Assembly: GCF_000143415.4 (NCBI RefSeq)
Contig: NW_003314266.1
Location: 1,324,463 to 1,388,462, forward strand
Source of the DNA: Selaginella moellendorffii
Taxonomy: Eukaryota; Plantae; Lycopodiophyta
DNA: 64,000 nucleotides
Direction: 5' to 3'
Made by a program: the position numbers and the translations under genes. The notes beneath the pieces are model-generated. The model saw only the letters and a program-made list of their open reading frames with translations, did not search any database and was not told the origin of the DNA. Of this stretch, positions 23,501 through 36,712 are shown piece by piece; position 1 is the first letter of the stretch, and each line of letters begins with the position of its first letter.

Positions 23501-26500
23501 TGTCGCTTGTCACCACACTAGAGGGCTGCTCCTCTTCCTTTCCATAGTCTGGGACTTTGGGGCAACGTTTCGGAACACCGTGGCCCTACGCGGGCCTCGT
23601 GGGTACTCTCCTCGCCTTCTACCTTTGGGTGCTCTAGCCATGGGCTTAGAGCAAGGTTCCGTTAAGCCACACCAGGTATCCAAGTAGGTAGTGCCACCCA
23701 CACTTGGACTAGGAGCATCGGCCAGTCGATCTCCCGGGGGAACTAGAGCCGGCTCTTGAACACTTCACCAAGCTACCCCGTTTGTTGGTCCGTGTTCACT
23801 CTAGTCTTGGACTTCTCAGTGGGCAGCTCATCACCCAACACTGGATCCGGCCTTCCTGGGCCAAACTAGCCTTTCCTGGCCAAACTGGCTCCACTGCAAT
23901 CCTCCCCCTACTATACTTTTGGAGCTTGCCAAACCCCCCAGGGTCTGGGAGACGAACGCTTTGGGCTTTCACCCTCTCAGACTCGAACTCGGACTCGGAC
24001 TCAAACTCGGACTCGGACTTGGACTCGGACTCGGACTTGGACTCGGACTCGGCCTCGGTCTCGGCCTCGGTCCCAGTCTCGGTCCCGATCTCGGTCTCGG
24101 TCTCGATCCTGGTCTCGGTCCTAGTCTTGGTCTCGACTTCGGACTCCATCTCGGGTCCATCTCGGACTCCATCTTGGGTCCATCTCGGACTCCATCTCGG
24201 ACTCCATCTTGGACTCCATCTCGGGCTCCACCTCAGGTCCATCTCAGACTCCACCTCGGGTCCATCTCGGACTCCATCTCGGGTCCATCTCAAACTCCAT
24301 CTCGGACTCCATCTCGGGTCCATCTCGGACTCCACCTCGGACTCCATCTCGGGTCCATTTCGGGTCCATCTCGGACTCCACCTCGAGTCCGTCTCGGACT
24401 CAATCTCGGATCCACCTCAGACTCCATTTCGGGTCCATCTCGGACTCCATTTCAGGTCCATCTCGGACTCCATCTTGGACTCCAGCTCGGATCCATTTCG
24501 GGTCCATCTCTGACTCCGTCTCGGGTCTGTCTCGGACTCAATCTCGGATCCATCTCGGGTCCACCTTAGACTCCACCTCGGACTCCACCTCAGACTCCAT
24601 CTCGGGGTCCTTCTCGGACTCCACTTCGGACTCCAACTCGGGTCCATCTTAGACACTTCCACATGTCATGTGTTGGTCCTTTTGGGTCCCTTTTTGGAGC
24701 CTCGCTTATTGCTTGTTTCGTGCTCATTCCTCAAGCACTTCGTTAGGAGTTCCACTCCCACTCTCAACCTTTCAAGTAAGAGCTTTTAGTCCAAATGTGT
24801 TACGCTCGTTTGGCTTTCGCTTCAGCCACTACCACGTGGCACCCTTTCGGCTCCACTTTGGGGCCTAGGGATTTTGTGTCTCACACGCGAATGTGACTTT
24901 GGGTATCGAAAGTTACCTTTTGGCTAATCCTTTCGAATATTCTTTCCTTACTGCCATGATGCCAAGAGGTTAGTATTGCTGGACCCGTTATCAGTTTCCC
25001 ACTTGAGCTAGTTGAGAAACTGGTCAATGACCATGTACTTAGATTGGATAAACATAAGGTAAGAACCCTATGTGTTTCTTGCTGAGCATACTCGGTCTGG
25101 TTTGAGAAACTTGAGTCATTGGCTTGCACTTGCTAGTATCAAGAACCCCCACGATATTGAGATTAATCCCTCAATATTCGTTAAATGATAGCTTACCGTG
25201 TCTGCCAAACACCCTTGCTATCATGCCCTTTGTGTTAGTCTCATTTTGGTCCCAAATACTATTTATGGAAAGTGTCTAGATTTACGCATTTGGCATATCT
25301 ACGGAATGTAGAGATTGTCCTGAACACAATGGTGTTCGTTCCGTGTCCAAATTCGAAATCTAGCGCCATTCCATATTTAGTGATGCCACAGTAGCACTAC
25401 AAGGTCAAAAGCTAGCCATGCCTTCACTCACAAGATTGCAAGTCAGCCGAGTGAGCTAGCAGTTTGAAACTTTATAGAGGAGCTCGCTCAACACATCAAG
25501 GGAGGCAAACAGCTAGTTGACAAGCCGATGTAGCCAATATAAGATGAAGAAACAAAAAAATACCATGCATAGGTCTTGAGCTACCTTAAGACAATCACCA
25601 AGAAAGTGGATGGAGCACCACATAATCCAAGAACTCAAGAGCACAATCTTGGCTTCCACCAATGCAAAGTGCATCAACCGCCAGGACCAACACATCACAA
25701 TACTCAACCAAGAAAATCAAATTATGTGTCAGGAACTCGACAATCTACACCAAAGCATTGAGCTTGTCACTATAAAGACCAAGCTTAGCAACCTGGAGCA
25801 AAATTTGGAAAATTTGATTGCCTAAGGACAGGCAGTAACTTTGTCATGGGGGAGTGATGAAGAGGTATATGTTTTATCTTGTGTATCATCCTAGGTAGAG
25901 AAAAAGAAATAAACTTAGGGAAAATGGAGTTACACCTAAGTTTAGACATCCAAAGAAGAAAAACCTAACTTAAACAACACTCGTCATAAACAAGTGTGAA
26001 GCAATTATGAATGGTTATAAAATCATATAGTATATAAATAACACTTAGATATGCTGGAAAATAACCCCCACTCACTGTTGTATGCATTTGCATTAAATTA
26101 ACCACCTCAATGCAAGTGACCAATACAACTATGCTACTACACTTGCAAGCAAGGAAGACGTATAACTCAGTTTGTTCTGCACATAAGAGATATTGGATGT
26201 AGCTATAGAGATGGAGTTGGTGACCACAAATAACCAGAACCTCCACTATCTAGTGCAATGGTTGAAGCATAAGTTGCTAGAAAACTTTGGCATTGGAAGT
26301 AGCAAATTTCAATGATCGCTAGCCATGCTAAGGTGCCAAAGCAAGATGGTAGGAGATTGTGTCAGGGCAGACTATTTCAAATGGATTTGAAGTCCACCTT
26401 ACATGTTGTGTGGAATGTTATGAACATGCTCCAAGGGGTGACAGGTCAAGGCTCTAACAGGTCCAAGAGGAGTTGGTGGAAGCCATTCTTGAGGATTCTA

Positions 26501-29500
26501 CAATTGTGCATCTCAACCAGCTTCTACAAACACGGTTGGAAATCAATGACAATTATATTGACATAATGGAAGAATGCATATTTACAGTAGTGTGGCAAGT
26601 GCTATTTGATGAACTAAAGTAGGTAGCAAACATGCTAAGGGTAGGTTTTGCACACTCCATGACAATTGAGGCACAATAAAGACCCCACTGGAGAAAGATC
26701 GTACTTGGCACACTAACCAACATTGGCATGGATGTGCTTCTTCAAGTTTTCCAGGTCCACACAATCATCTAACTAGCACAATTCATTGAGTGCCTACAAT
26801 TTAACAATAATGTGGCTGAGAACTTGCACACTTGGATCATTGAGATCATCATAGGTATGGATATGGTTTGCAAATGATAATCCTCATAACTTGAAAATTG
26901 CTTTTTTTGCAAAAATGAATAGCAAGTGGCTGTCAAAATTGCACCACTTTGAATTTAGGCTGGGTGAGCCAATATGAATTCAGTGTAATACCGTGAATGA
27001 GCCTAGTTGGCATCCCACAACCCATACTTGCTCAAGGGAGATTTTGTTCTCATCAAGCTACCCCAGCAAAGAGTGCATGCAAGACTTGCTATATCAATTG
27101 CTTTCAAACTTAGTCTCATATAGCAATGCTTAAGAAATGGTGAATGTGAATTTGAACTCTTATAAAGTATGAAATTCCAAACTATCTAAACTTTGCAAAC
27201 AAACAATAGAATCAAAGTTCATTATGAGAATATTCTATATATTCTAGTAAATGCTTTTCTTAGGCATTTGATTTTTTACTCATTTCCTTTAGTAAACAAA
27301 GATACATTTGTCATGGCTTCTAATAAATCTTTTAGAATAGGATTATTGCTACTACTCTAGGAACAAGAGCCATAATCTTCTAGACTATATGGTTCATCTA
27401 GATACTCTTCAATAGTCATATAACCGTCCTTTGCATTGTCATCTTTGATATCTTTTCCCTTTTGATTGGGCTCAATCCTAGAAGCTGGCTTAGGCTACTA
27501 GCCACAAGCATGTGGATGAGCTTTACCCCATCAGCTAGAACCACAAGCCTAAAGTCTTTCTGTAGCCAAATCTCTACTTCATATGTTCAGTAAAATCCCC
27601 TCCAAAGCACTATGCGGTCAGGGAAACCCTTGACTTATTCCATGGAATGAGGAGAATGATTGATAGAGGTGTGTGAAAGAAGGATCAATACATCGAAGCA
27701 TAAAAAAAAAAAAGTTATTGCTTACAGAGTTGGACAACACTGCAATCTCTAAATATTCCAGTTTTCCTATCACAACAAATAGCATACATTGGATAGTTTG
27801 GCCCATCCTTATTCACCCAAAACCCTGGATTTTCAATTTTTCACTATAACAGTTAGTATTTGACAAACTCTAAAAGCATAGTGTATTTCTGAAATTACAA
27901 AAAAAACATTTAGCATTTAGGTGAAATTATCTATTTTGTTATTGCCATATAACACTACCTTTTAGTTTGTTATCTTTTTAATTTGTCATTGATTTCATGT
28001 TGCTGTCCATAAGACAATCCTTGCACTTGTAGCTTTGGTAATACATGGAATTGTTAGTAATATAAGATGGTCAAGTCAAATTGTATAACCTATTAGCAAG
28101 TGTTATTAGTTGTGGTACTTTATGTTTCAACAGTTGTTAAAAATCTTTGCCTACCCCATGGTCCTTCTAGTTGATTAAACTTACACTACAATGTTATATA
28201 TGAGCACATTATAAGAAGAATTTATTTGCCTTGTATTATGTCAATTTTCTCTTCTAGTATTTTACTTTGCTATGACATTGTGAGCTTAATAAATGAAAAT
28301 GACTAGGGATACTTAGATAATTGGGAAAAAACTATGAATTGGACTTGAGATTCATGAAAAGGGCGTCCTTGAATCCTACTTGGATGACCCTTGGTATGGG
28401 TGCCTGATGGGTATAAAATGGGTCATATTATGGGTCATGAACATGATGGGAATGGTCATTAGATTCTAGGGAATACTAATGAACAATATTTCAGGAACAT
28501 TCAACAGTGTACACGTGTGTAGACCTGGATTCAGCCAATGTGATGCTGCCACTTGGACAATACCCGCTTGTAAGTGGCCACGTACGATCATCCACGCATG
28601 GTTTACAAATTGCACACCATACATGCAGTTTGTAGTTGTTTTTCTTTACGGGATGCTTTCAGATCCTCCCGGGACTACAAAGGCCATAAAGAAAAAGGGC
28701 ACTAGCAAAAGAAATCGGAACGAAAAGGGGCTGAGAATCATGAGGTGGCTAAATGCAAGTAACGGATCACTCCTGCAACCGTTACTTGCATTTTCTCAGC
28801 CACCTCGTGATTCTCCAGACACTGCAGCTGGAAAGAATGTGGAACCAATCCAGACATGCGGAGAAGAAGTCCAGTGGTTAGCAGCACAAGCGACTACTAA
28901 CCAAGGTGCAAAGCTACTGGTTTACAAGCTTTGAATCAAAAGGTATCTGTTTGCAGTTTGTTGAAACGCTTGGAGGGCAAGTTACAGATGCAAGTGCACT
29001 CACAACTTGACAGGCCAAGTTCGACGAACTATGAACTTCTGTGCAGCTGTTTCTATCGGGTAAATTGTAATTGTCTTTCTCTAAATTGTGTGAAATGTCT
29101 ATGTGATAGAGCCTGGATTTTATCGCCAGAATGGTTACGATCAAGTGTCGAAGCTAAAACATTCGTAGGTAAGAACTTCATTTTAAGATCAATAAACTTT
29201 GATGATTAGATCCTATTCCTTTCGCTCTGGAGGATGCTGACTTCAAGGCAAACTATAACACTGATGTCGCAAGTGTGATCAAACGCGCAAGAGCGAAGCC
29301 ACTGTTTCAAGGATTACATGCTTGTCTGACCCCTCATATAAGTTCTCCGTGAGCTTATCGAATCTGGCTGTGGCAAGGTAGACTTTTTCCTAGCTTCATG
29401 GGAAACGAATATGATCGTTTTTATTTGCAGGTCATGTCCCGGATTGAGGAGCTTACTATGCCAGTGTCAAACTCACTCGTCATCTCTTGCAAAGCCGATG

Positions 29501-30010
29501 CCATGCAAGCTAGAAACGCTTCAAGGGTCAGGCTTCAAGTTTTCAACACGGAATGGCTGATTCGCTCTGTAATGAAACAAGAGCTGGATTTTGAGGCGAA
29601 TCATCGTTTTTTTGTTCAGGGATTTTTAAGCTCTTTTTCCCATTTTTCTCTCAGTGTTTGCAGGTAATAACTTCAACCGTGAGTTGGATCACCTGAAACA
29701 TTTCTACTTTGATTTTATTTGATTTTTTGTTTTACAGCCACCAACAAGATGATTGTATCAAGTAGCAGAAAGTAATGGTAAGGAGAAAATATTATGAAGA
29801 AGAGAAAATTTATATCTTACAGTGGAATGCTCAACCTAGGCAGTGATTTGCCATATTAGAAACTCAAGATTATTACTCTTGAAGTTTGATGGCCGATTTC
29901 AACACGGTGGAAGGATCAAAGGCACGAAAAAAGATATATTTTAGTGTGATGACCTTTGGCATTTCCAGTATAAGCTCAGGTATTTATTTTCATTTATTCT
30001 CTTCTTCTTC

Positions 30011-30615
30011 TTATACCTGTTGGCGAACAACACTCGCTGGCTTTTCGGGAACATAGAAGTCGACGTGAAGCCGCCACGACTGGCCAGACAAAGCTTGTGT
30101 GAGCCTCGTCTCTGTCACGGATCCAGTGGCTCCTTCAAACAGCCCTCTCCCTCCAGCAACAGCGAAAGCTCCCAGGCCGGCGAGGAAATCCAACTTTCCA
30201 TCCCAGATAAGAATCGCTCCAGCAAATGGAGAGGCCGGCAGGAACTTGAGCTCGGCCGTGAGGTGCGGGAGTGTAGTGTTGCTGGTGATGAAGAAGACGC
30301 CCCGGTACGCTGCCTTGGTGGGGTGCTGTTGATATTGTTCGAGAAGGTGAAGCCCACTCCATTTTTGCAAGGTGGCAGCGTGGATTCGTCTCGGCTTACA
30401 GCAAAAACGTTTTGGCCGGGATTGTTGGGGTCGAGGATGAACAATGATGTGGCTTCGAACGAGTAGCAATTCTACAAAAAGAGGTAGAGAAACAAAGTTG
30501 CTATCAAGAAAGACTTTGGACCACTTACTATGTTATTTGGGATTGTCGCTGCTGCATATGAAATAAATAGGATCGAGCAGGCAAGAAGTGAAGCGGACGA
30601 AGAAGCTGAAGCCAT
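30011..30615 (-). pseudogene. Secreted dirigent-like beta-barrel protein, 2 exons (30615-30529, 30471-30011), one apparent 1-nt frameshift near 30320
   Basis: Signal peptide MASASSSASLLACSILFISYAAA; GT-AG intron 30528-30472; C-terminal dirigent-type motif FAVAGGRGLFEGATGSV...RLHVDFY. The N- and C-terminal halves lie in different frames. Confidence 0.65.
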
Positions 30616-30864
30616 AGCTAGGATTTTAAATTTTGTTTAAATAGATGTAGTCAAGTGAAACTCTACTTGAATATTCTAAAAATATCTTGTGAAAAATCTT
30701 TGATATTATAAACTAGAATAAATGTTGATATTATAAGAAACATAAACAGTATATAAACTTCAAATAAATATTAGCTAATTTTTAAGGGGTAGCAGATTAA
30801 TATATTTCATGTTGTCTAATATTAAATTATATGTTGTAAAATGTAAAACTTAAAATCATATTAA

Positions 30865-32900
30865 ATATAGTATGGCCCATGGTTAAGGCTTGACTTAATC
30901 ATTTCATTAAGTCTTTTAGATTTGTTTATGAATAAAATAATTAGTAACAATAATAATAATTATATTAATTTAGCCATTGTGATGCAAAAAAATTTAGATT
31001 GCATTAGAATTACTCCTAAATCATAAAGTACCTAAATTGGAGATCACATGCTATTATTGAACTTTAGACCTCATAAATAGTGCAATCCCAATAAACATTA
31101 AATCTAAAATTATAAATTCTTTTCTATATTGTAAAATTGTTATTTTATAAATTATGAATTAATTCTTATATGGCTTATATTTTCTATCTACTTTTAATTT
31201 TAAATTATAGGTAGTGTGTCTTTCTGAATATCTAAATATTCTCTTTCAAATAAGAAAGAGAAAATATTAATGTAAATTTATGGTTTAAAATGTGAATGTA
31301 AAAAATTTAATAGTGCTTATTAGCCTTAGAAATAAGGGCGGGAAGGGTGATTATCTACTAATCAGCTTTAGTAAATAATCAGCTAATCAATCTTAATCCA
31401 TATCTATTATCTTCTTTTTGGAATATTTCTAAATGATGCCTTTAATATTTTTTTGCATTAATTTGCATACTTTTAACCATTATAGTTACATTTGAAAGTT
31501 CTTAAACAACCTTCACTCAATTCTAACTTTTTAAGCTGTTTTTTTTCTCCTCTCAGCCACTGCACTTGAGCTTTCTCTTTTGATGCAATTGCTGCAATAT
31601 GTACTAGAGACCATAAGATAAAATACGTTGTTATTCGGTTTGTAGTAGTAGGATGTGATGCAACCTCTTGAGCTATTATTAGATTTGAAGCTGATTGGAA
31701 TTGAATTTGTTGATCAACAATACATCTAGAGCTAGGGAGGTGGCAAATGCTAAGACCATAAATACTGATGTGCTAAAATTACCTAAAAAAAGGAAGATAT
31801 AAAAATAGTTGAGAGGATGATTGTGAATGGCACAAGCTTCCAGGTTTACACCATTTGAGTTTGCATTCCACTTTAGAGTGTCTAGGTTGAAAAAACCTGT
31901 GTTCAAGAGAGAATTGGAGTTAAGCTTATGTCTATGTGTATTGTCTTCTTACTATCTAACCAATTATCTGCTTCACAACCAGAAATGAAGTCCTTCTTAG
32001 AGATCATTTTAGGAGACTTCCAGTGGGACAAAGCTCAGGTCACTGCTATAAGGGTATGGTCCATTTCCTTCAATGCTATATTCACCGTTTTTACATAAAT
32101 TGATTGATATCTGTGGAAATTCTTAACTAGAATTCTAGTTATAAACATGATTGGCAGTTTGTAGTCTCAATTGATAAATAATTAGGGTTGATTTTAGAAT
32201 GATCAAATGTAGTTTATCCATATTTTCTCATGACCATTTTTGAATGGATTTATAAGTATTTGAGTTTCAAAAGAAAAAATTATAATTTGTTTTATTCTAA
32301 AATAACAATAGATAATTAAAAAAATCTGCACTTCAAAAGTTATATCTATATGTCACAAGAGATAGACTCATTTTTGTTGGTTAGTTCCATAAATAATTTG
32401 CTACTCTTTACATGTAGCAACACTTGGTTTGCTTAATAGTAGTGTTATTCTTACTCATTAATCCAAAATAAATTTTATAATTATAAACATATTTATAATT
32501 TATAAACACAATATTAATATTATTTCATATCAACCATTAAATAGTAGAATAAAAAATAATATACTAGAAAGTATTTAAGAATGTTTATTAATTTATAAAT
32601 TTATAAATTATAAACATGTTTTTAAATAATAAATACAAGATTAATCTAAATGAATAATAACCATTAGATGGTAGAATATACTAGAATATCCAAGTATATT
32701 TTAAGTATATCCACTACCATCCCAGTTCCCCTACAGGTTTGCTTAAACAAATAAAAATATGGTTCTAAAAGTTAATACTAAAATGTGATTTATGTAGTAA
32801 TTAAACTAAATTTTGTATTTTAGCTCCTGTTAATTACTAAAATTAGAGAATATATTTAATTACTTTTCTCAAAATAAAATATTGATATAATATTTATTTT
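30865..32900. repeat. AT-rich ~2 kb block, copy B
   Basis: Collinear with 3985-6060 apart from internal inversions and indels. Confidence 0.85.
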
Positions 32901-32959
32901 TAATATAAAGTTATAAGCTAGCTCACCTCCAAAGGAGAATTTATTTTTCTCTTTTTCTT

Positions 32960-34057
32960 TGGGGAATGGTGCCTGAGTTAGCTTCTCCTGATTTGGTCGT
33001 CCGTGTGTAGGCAACTGCCTGGTGGAGATTTCCAGCAACATCAATTATGAGAAGGGTTTCTTTCAGCATTCCTGGATTGGGGATTGTTTGTGTGAGCACT
33101 GCCAATAAGTTGCTAAGGCTAATCCTACAGTTAAAGTGCATGAATTCATTGATTTTCTTACAGATCCAACCAGCATTGTTCCTGTCAATCCCAATGCTCT
33201 TAACAGTGTTTAGTTCTATAGACTAAATGTTAATTCTTGTGAGCATCATGTGTTCATCCATCTTCTTACAACTCCAACCAGCATTGTTCCTGTCCATTCT
33301 AATGGACTTGATAGTGGTCAGTTCTATAGACTAAATGTTTGTTCTTGTGAGCATTGTGTCTTACTATTATAGCTCCAATCAGCATTGTTCCTCTCAATCC
33401 TGTAGCTCTTGATACCACAGGGCAGCAGCTGCTGGAGGTATGCTTCCTTTCGTTTTAGTGCCCTAGTTAACTTGGATCGATCTTCTCAAACGGTAGGACG
33501 CTCTCGACCTTTACACCGGCGAATTTTCTATGTCGTGCCATGCTTACATTTCTGGATGTGTGAAAGATGGAAAGAACGTCACTCTGGTCCTCGCGGAACA
33601 CCAACACGCAAGTGACCAAACTCTAAGAGTTATTGATGCTTATGCTTTGTTTTCCTTACAGGTAGTCGCCGCAATGACTTACCAAATATCTTTCTCAGAC
33701 GAGCTTTGTGCTGTGGTTTTACTATCTGCCGTACGAAGTAGTCACCAACGGAAGGCATGTTTCCTATATTCTTTGCGGTAGTCTTTTAGCTTTTTAATTG
33801 TCGTTCTCTCATTCTATAGGGGTTAGGGACACGTTTGTGCATCGAGTTCCAGAGAAGGCTGTGTGATATAGACGTATCAACAGTGTACTGTTTTGCTGGC
33901 AGGTCCGAGTCCTTCTGGTCTAAACAGGCAAGCTCTTCTGAAAAATATGTGGATATGTATTCATTGTTATGTTTGAAGCAGGGATTTAAACCGTTGGCTG
34001 ATGGTAGCATGAAACCAAAGTTTTCTGAACCGCTGGCGTCGTTTTTTACAAGTGATA
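32960..34057 (+). pseudogene. GNAT-BRCT copy 3, 5' half only, truncated at a (TAA)n tract
   Basis: Near-identical to 1380-2453; homology ends at ...TTTTACAAGTGATA (34057). Confidence 0.88.
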
Positions 34058-34084
34058 GATAGTAATAATAATAATAATAACTTA

Positions 34085-35990
34085 CTAAATATGGTGAAAT
34101 ATTTCAACCATAAATATGGGACTATTATCTTAAAGAAATCACTTTGGACAAGAATGTTAGAATAACATTTGATTGAGGAGGAAGTATTTAGTAGCAGTTG
34201 CAAATGTACTAGTAAGAGCACTAACTTCCACCTAGCGAGTCAAGTATATAAAAACAAAAATGATATACTTATTGCTAACAATCAACTGTGGAAAAGGCCC
34301 TATCAAATAAAATGCTACCAACTCAAACGGATAGAGAATTACAAGTGACTCCAACCATCCTTCTGCAACATGAGGGGTAATATTACAAACTTGGCACTAA
34401 ATAGAATTATGCACATACTAGATAACATCACGTCTCTAGCTAATAGATAAACTTATGCAGCTTTTTAGTCACACGACAATGTCCCATATGCTCGCCTAGA
34501 ATAGGAGAATTATGGTAGGCATGGAGAAAGTGTGGAATAAAGATTAAAGGCACTATAAGCCGTAAATGATCATTAAAATCCATCCTTACAAAATAAAGAA
34601 GGTTGTTCTTAAGATAATATTAAAAATGTAAATGCTAAAATGATAGGTTATTAATAAGTGATATAAAATTTTCAAACTCATCATGAAGTTTTTGGATCCA
34701 TAGCTCAATCTTTGGAGCCTTACAAACTTCATCAAGAAAAGGTAAATCTTGCTCCACATTTTTTGGACATTGAATATCAAGTATAGCAACTGCCAATAAC
34801 ACGAAATCCTTGTTTAAAAAATCCATTGAAGCTGGAATAACAGGTTTGTCAAAAACATAAGAAGAGAGTGAAAAAGAAAGAAGAGTTCGAGAAAGGGCAT
34901 CAGCATCAATCATAGAACTCCTCAGGTGATGAACAACATTGATATCATATATTTGAAGCTTCAAAGCCCACTGAGTAATATGATTAACCAAGTTCTTCCA
35001 CTTCAATAATAAAGTAACTGCAACATAATCACCTTTTAATAATGTCTAAGAACTATATATATATGCATAAAGTTTCTTGAAACCTTAAATTGTTGCTAAA
35101 CACTCCTTTTTTGTTGTGAAGTAATTCACTTCCGTTGGTTGTAATGTATAGCTACTGACTAAGCACACTTGGGCTTTCTTGCATTAACACACTTTCAAGA
35201 TTGATATCAAAAGCATTCATACACAAAATGAAAAGTTGAGTGTAGTTAGGATATGCCAAAATTGAAAGAGTTGTCAATAATGCTTTGAGATCCATAAATA
35301 CCCTCTAACAATCCACAGACCAAATAAAATACAATGTGAACAACTTCAATAATGCTCACAATGGTGTAGTATGATCAGAAAGATGATCAACAAAATGGCT
35401 GAAATATTGCACCTTGCCTGCACATCTTTGAGAACATGGAACTTGAGGAACATCCACAAGTTTGTTAGGATCAACTTGCAAACTCTCACGAGAAATATAG
35501 TACCTAAAATAAGTGGTGTCCTTAGACCAAATATGCAATTTGATCACTTCAGCTTTAAACTAACTTCCTATATTCAATCCAACCCCTTATGAATATCATG
35601 GACGTATTCCTCCCACATCCCCTCTGAATTCTAAGAGGAATGAAAGAAATATAAAGCAGTATGAGATAATAGGGAGAAGCCTTAGAATCACATTTAGTAT
35701 AATTGCGTTACAACCAATCTATACTAAAGATGAGGTCAAAAGTTTAATTTGGCACCACCCACAATGACTACAGCTCAAGCTCTAGATTATCCACATGCAC
35801 AATTAAGTCTACCTCATCCCATACATATATATGTGTATAGCCGTTGCCATAAAAAATGAAAATTGACTTTACCACATGATACAAATGTAGATAGCAATAT
35901 GTGGCAATAGAATGAGTAATAAAAGATAAACTTGAGTATGTATTAACCAATATGGAGAGAATAATAGAAGACATCTTATTATAAAAATGA
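34085..35990 (-). mobile_element. Highly degenerate Ty3/gypsy pol relic (protease, RT, RNaseH, integrase)
   Basis: ILVNTYSSLSFI (protease-like); LTTLSILAYPNY..FILCMNAF; QWALKLQIYDINVVH..IDADALSR; integrase-like segment homologous to 52130-52365. Confidence 0.75.
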
Positions 35991-36469
35991 GCTTAAAAAG
36001 TGAACACTGGATAAACTGGTGTTAAATGAACCCCTTGATGATACTCTTGAAGGGGATGGTCCAAAGTTGACTTAAGCTCACGAGTTGAGCTCAATTCAGC
36101 TCAAGTTAATGCTAGTTAACATAGTCAACCATAAGTCTTATAAGGAAATATTAAGTAAAAAAAATGTTATTCTTTGGTGAATTTGAAATTTATGAATTTA
36201 AGTATCAATGGTTTAGAGAAATTTCTATTTTTTGAATCTTTCTAATGCAATTTATACAATAAAATACTATTTCTAGAATTAAAAGTTCATCTAAACCCAT
36301 AGAATTTTTTGGGCTTTATTGGTCCCAAATAAAATGGCAATATTGAAGTTTGAATGAACCTAAAATTTCTATTATACATTTCAACATTTTAACATTTTAA
36401 CAATTGACCAGAAAAATATAAATAATTCGAAATACTAATTCACTTGTTCATTCTTTAGGGTTTACAAAG

Positions 36470-36712
36470 ATGGGAAGCAAGGAAGATAAAAAATCTGTAA
36501 GTATTTCTAGCATACAAAAATGTGAGAATGTTAATTTTGTTTCACTACCACAATCTTCATATTATATGCATCATCCTTATTACCCATCCGGGAATGTGGA
36601 GACCTTGTCACTATTAATAAAAATGCTCCTGTTACTTTTGAAACAAGTCCAGAGTAAAAGAAAAGAAGAAATGGATAGCACAACAGAAATTATTAATAAA
36701 TTTACTCTATAA
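36470..36712 (+). pseudogene. Small ORF homologous to the 85-aa ORF at 53284-53027, frameshifted
   Basis: CENVNFVSLPQSSYY vs GEDVEYISLPNSSYY; shifted frame NKNAPVTFET vs IENAPVTSET. Confidence 0.55.

Larger units (their letters stand above)
14250..24885 (-). mobile_element. Full-length, probably non-autonomous LTR retrotransposon: 5' LTR 24885-22982, 3' LTR 17297-14250, TSD CGC(A/G)A
   Basis: LTRs ~1.9 kb, TGTGAGACAC...TCGCTTACA. PBS TGGTATCGGAGC (~22978-22967). PPT GGGTGGTGGAGT adjacent to 17297. Flanks CGCAA (14245-14249) and CGCGA (24886-24890). Internal region decayed with no recognisable RT. Confidence 0.92.
11429..28621. mobile_element. TA-flanked TIR DNA transposon relic (~40-bp TIRs) inserted in GNAT-BRCT copy 2 and inflated by nested LTR elements
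   Basis: Left end TATGGCATGCAATTTGTAGACTGTGTGCAGACAATCATACAC. Reverse complement of right end TATGGTGTGCAATTTGTAAACCATGCGTGGATGATCGTACGT. Nearly all mismatches are CG>CA/TG transitions. Host-gene homology stops at 11428 and resumes at 28622. Confidence 0.7.
8560..29900 (+). pseudogene. GNAT-BRCT copy 2, split into three pieces (~8560-9245, ~11133-11428, ~28622-29900) by TE insertions
   Basis: Each piece is collinear and highly similar to 1380-2040, 2248-2550 and 2555-3970. Frameshifting deletions (e.g. loss of VLFMNMADE coding sequence near 28878). Confidence 0.88.

Noticed and set aside
14780-24870. Dozens of overlapping 70-357 aa ORFs (SRTPSRVHLGLHLG, MESEMDPRWSPRW etc.)
   Set aside because: Translations of the stop-poor 11/12-bp LTR minisatellite in all six frames; no coding signal.
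25500-28400. Decayed coding-like sequence, possibly a transposase
   Set aside because: No motif I could assign with confidence; left unannotated apart from lying inside the TIR element.
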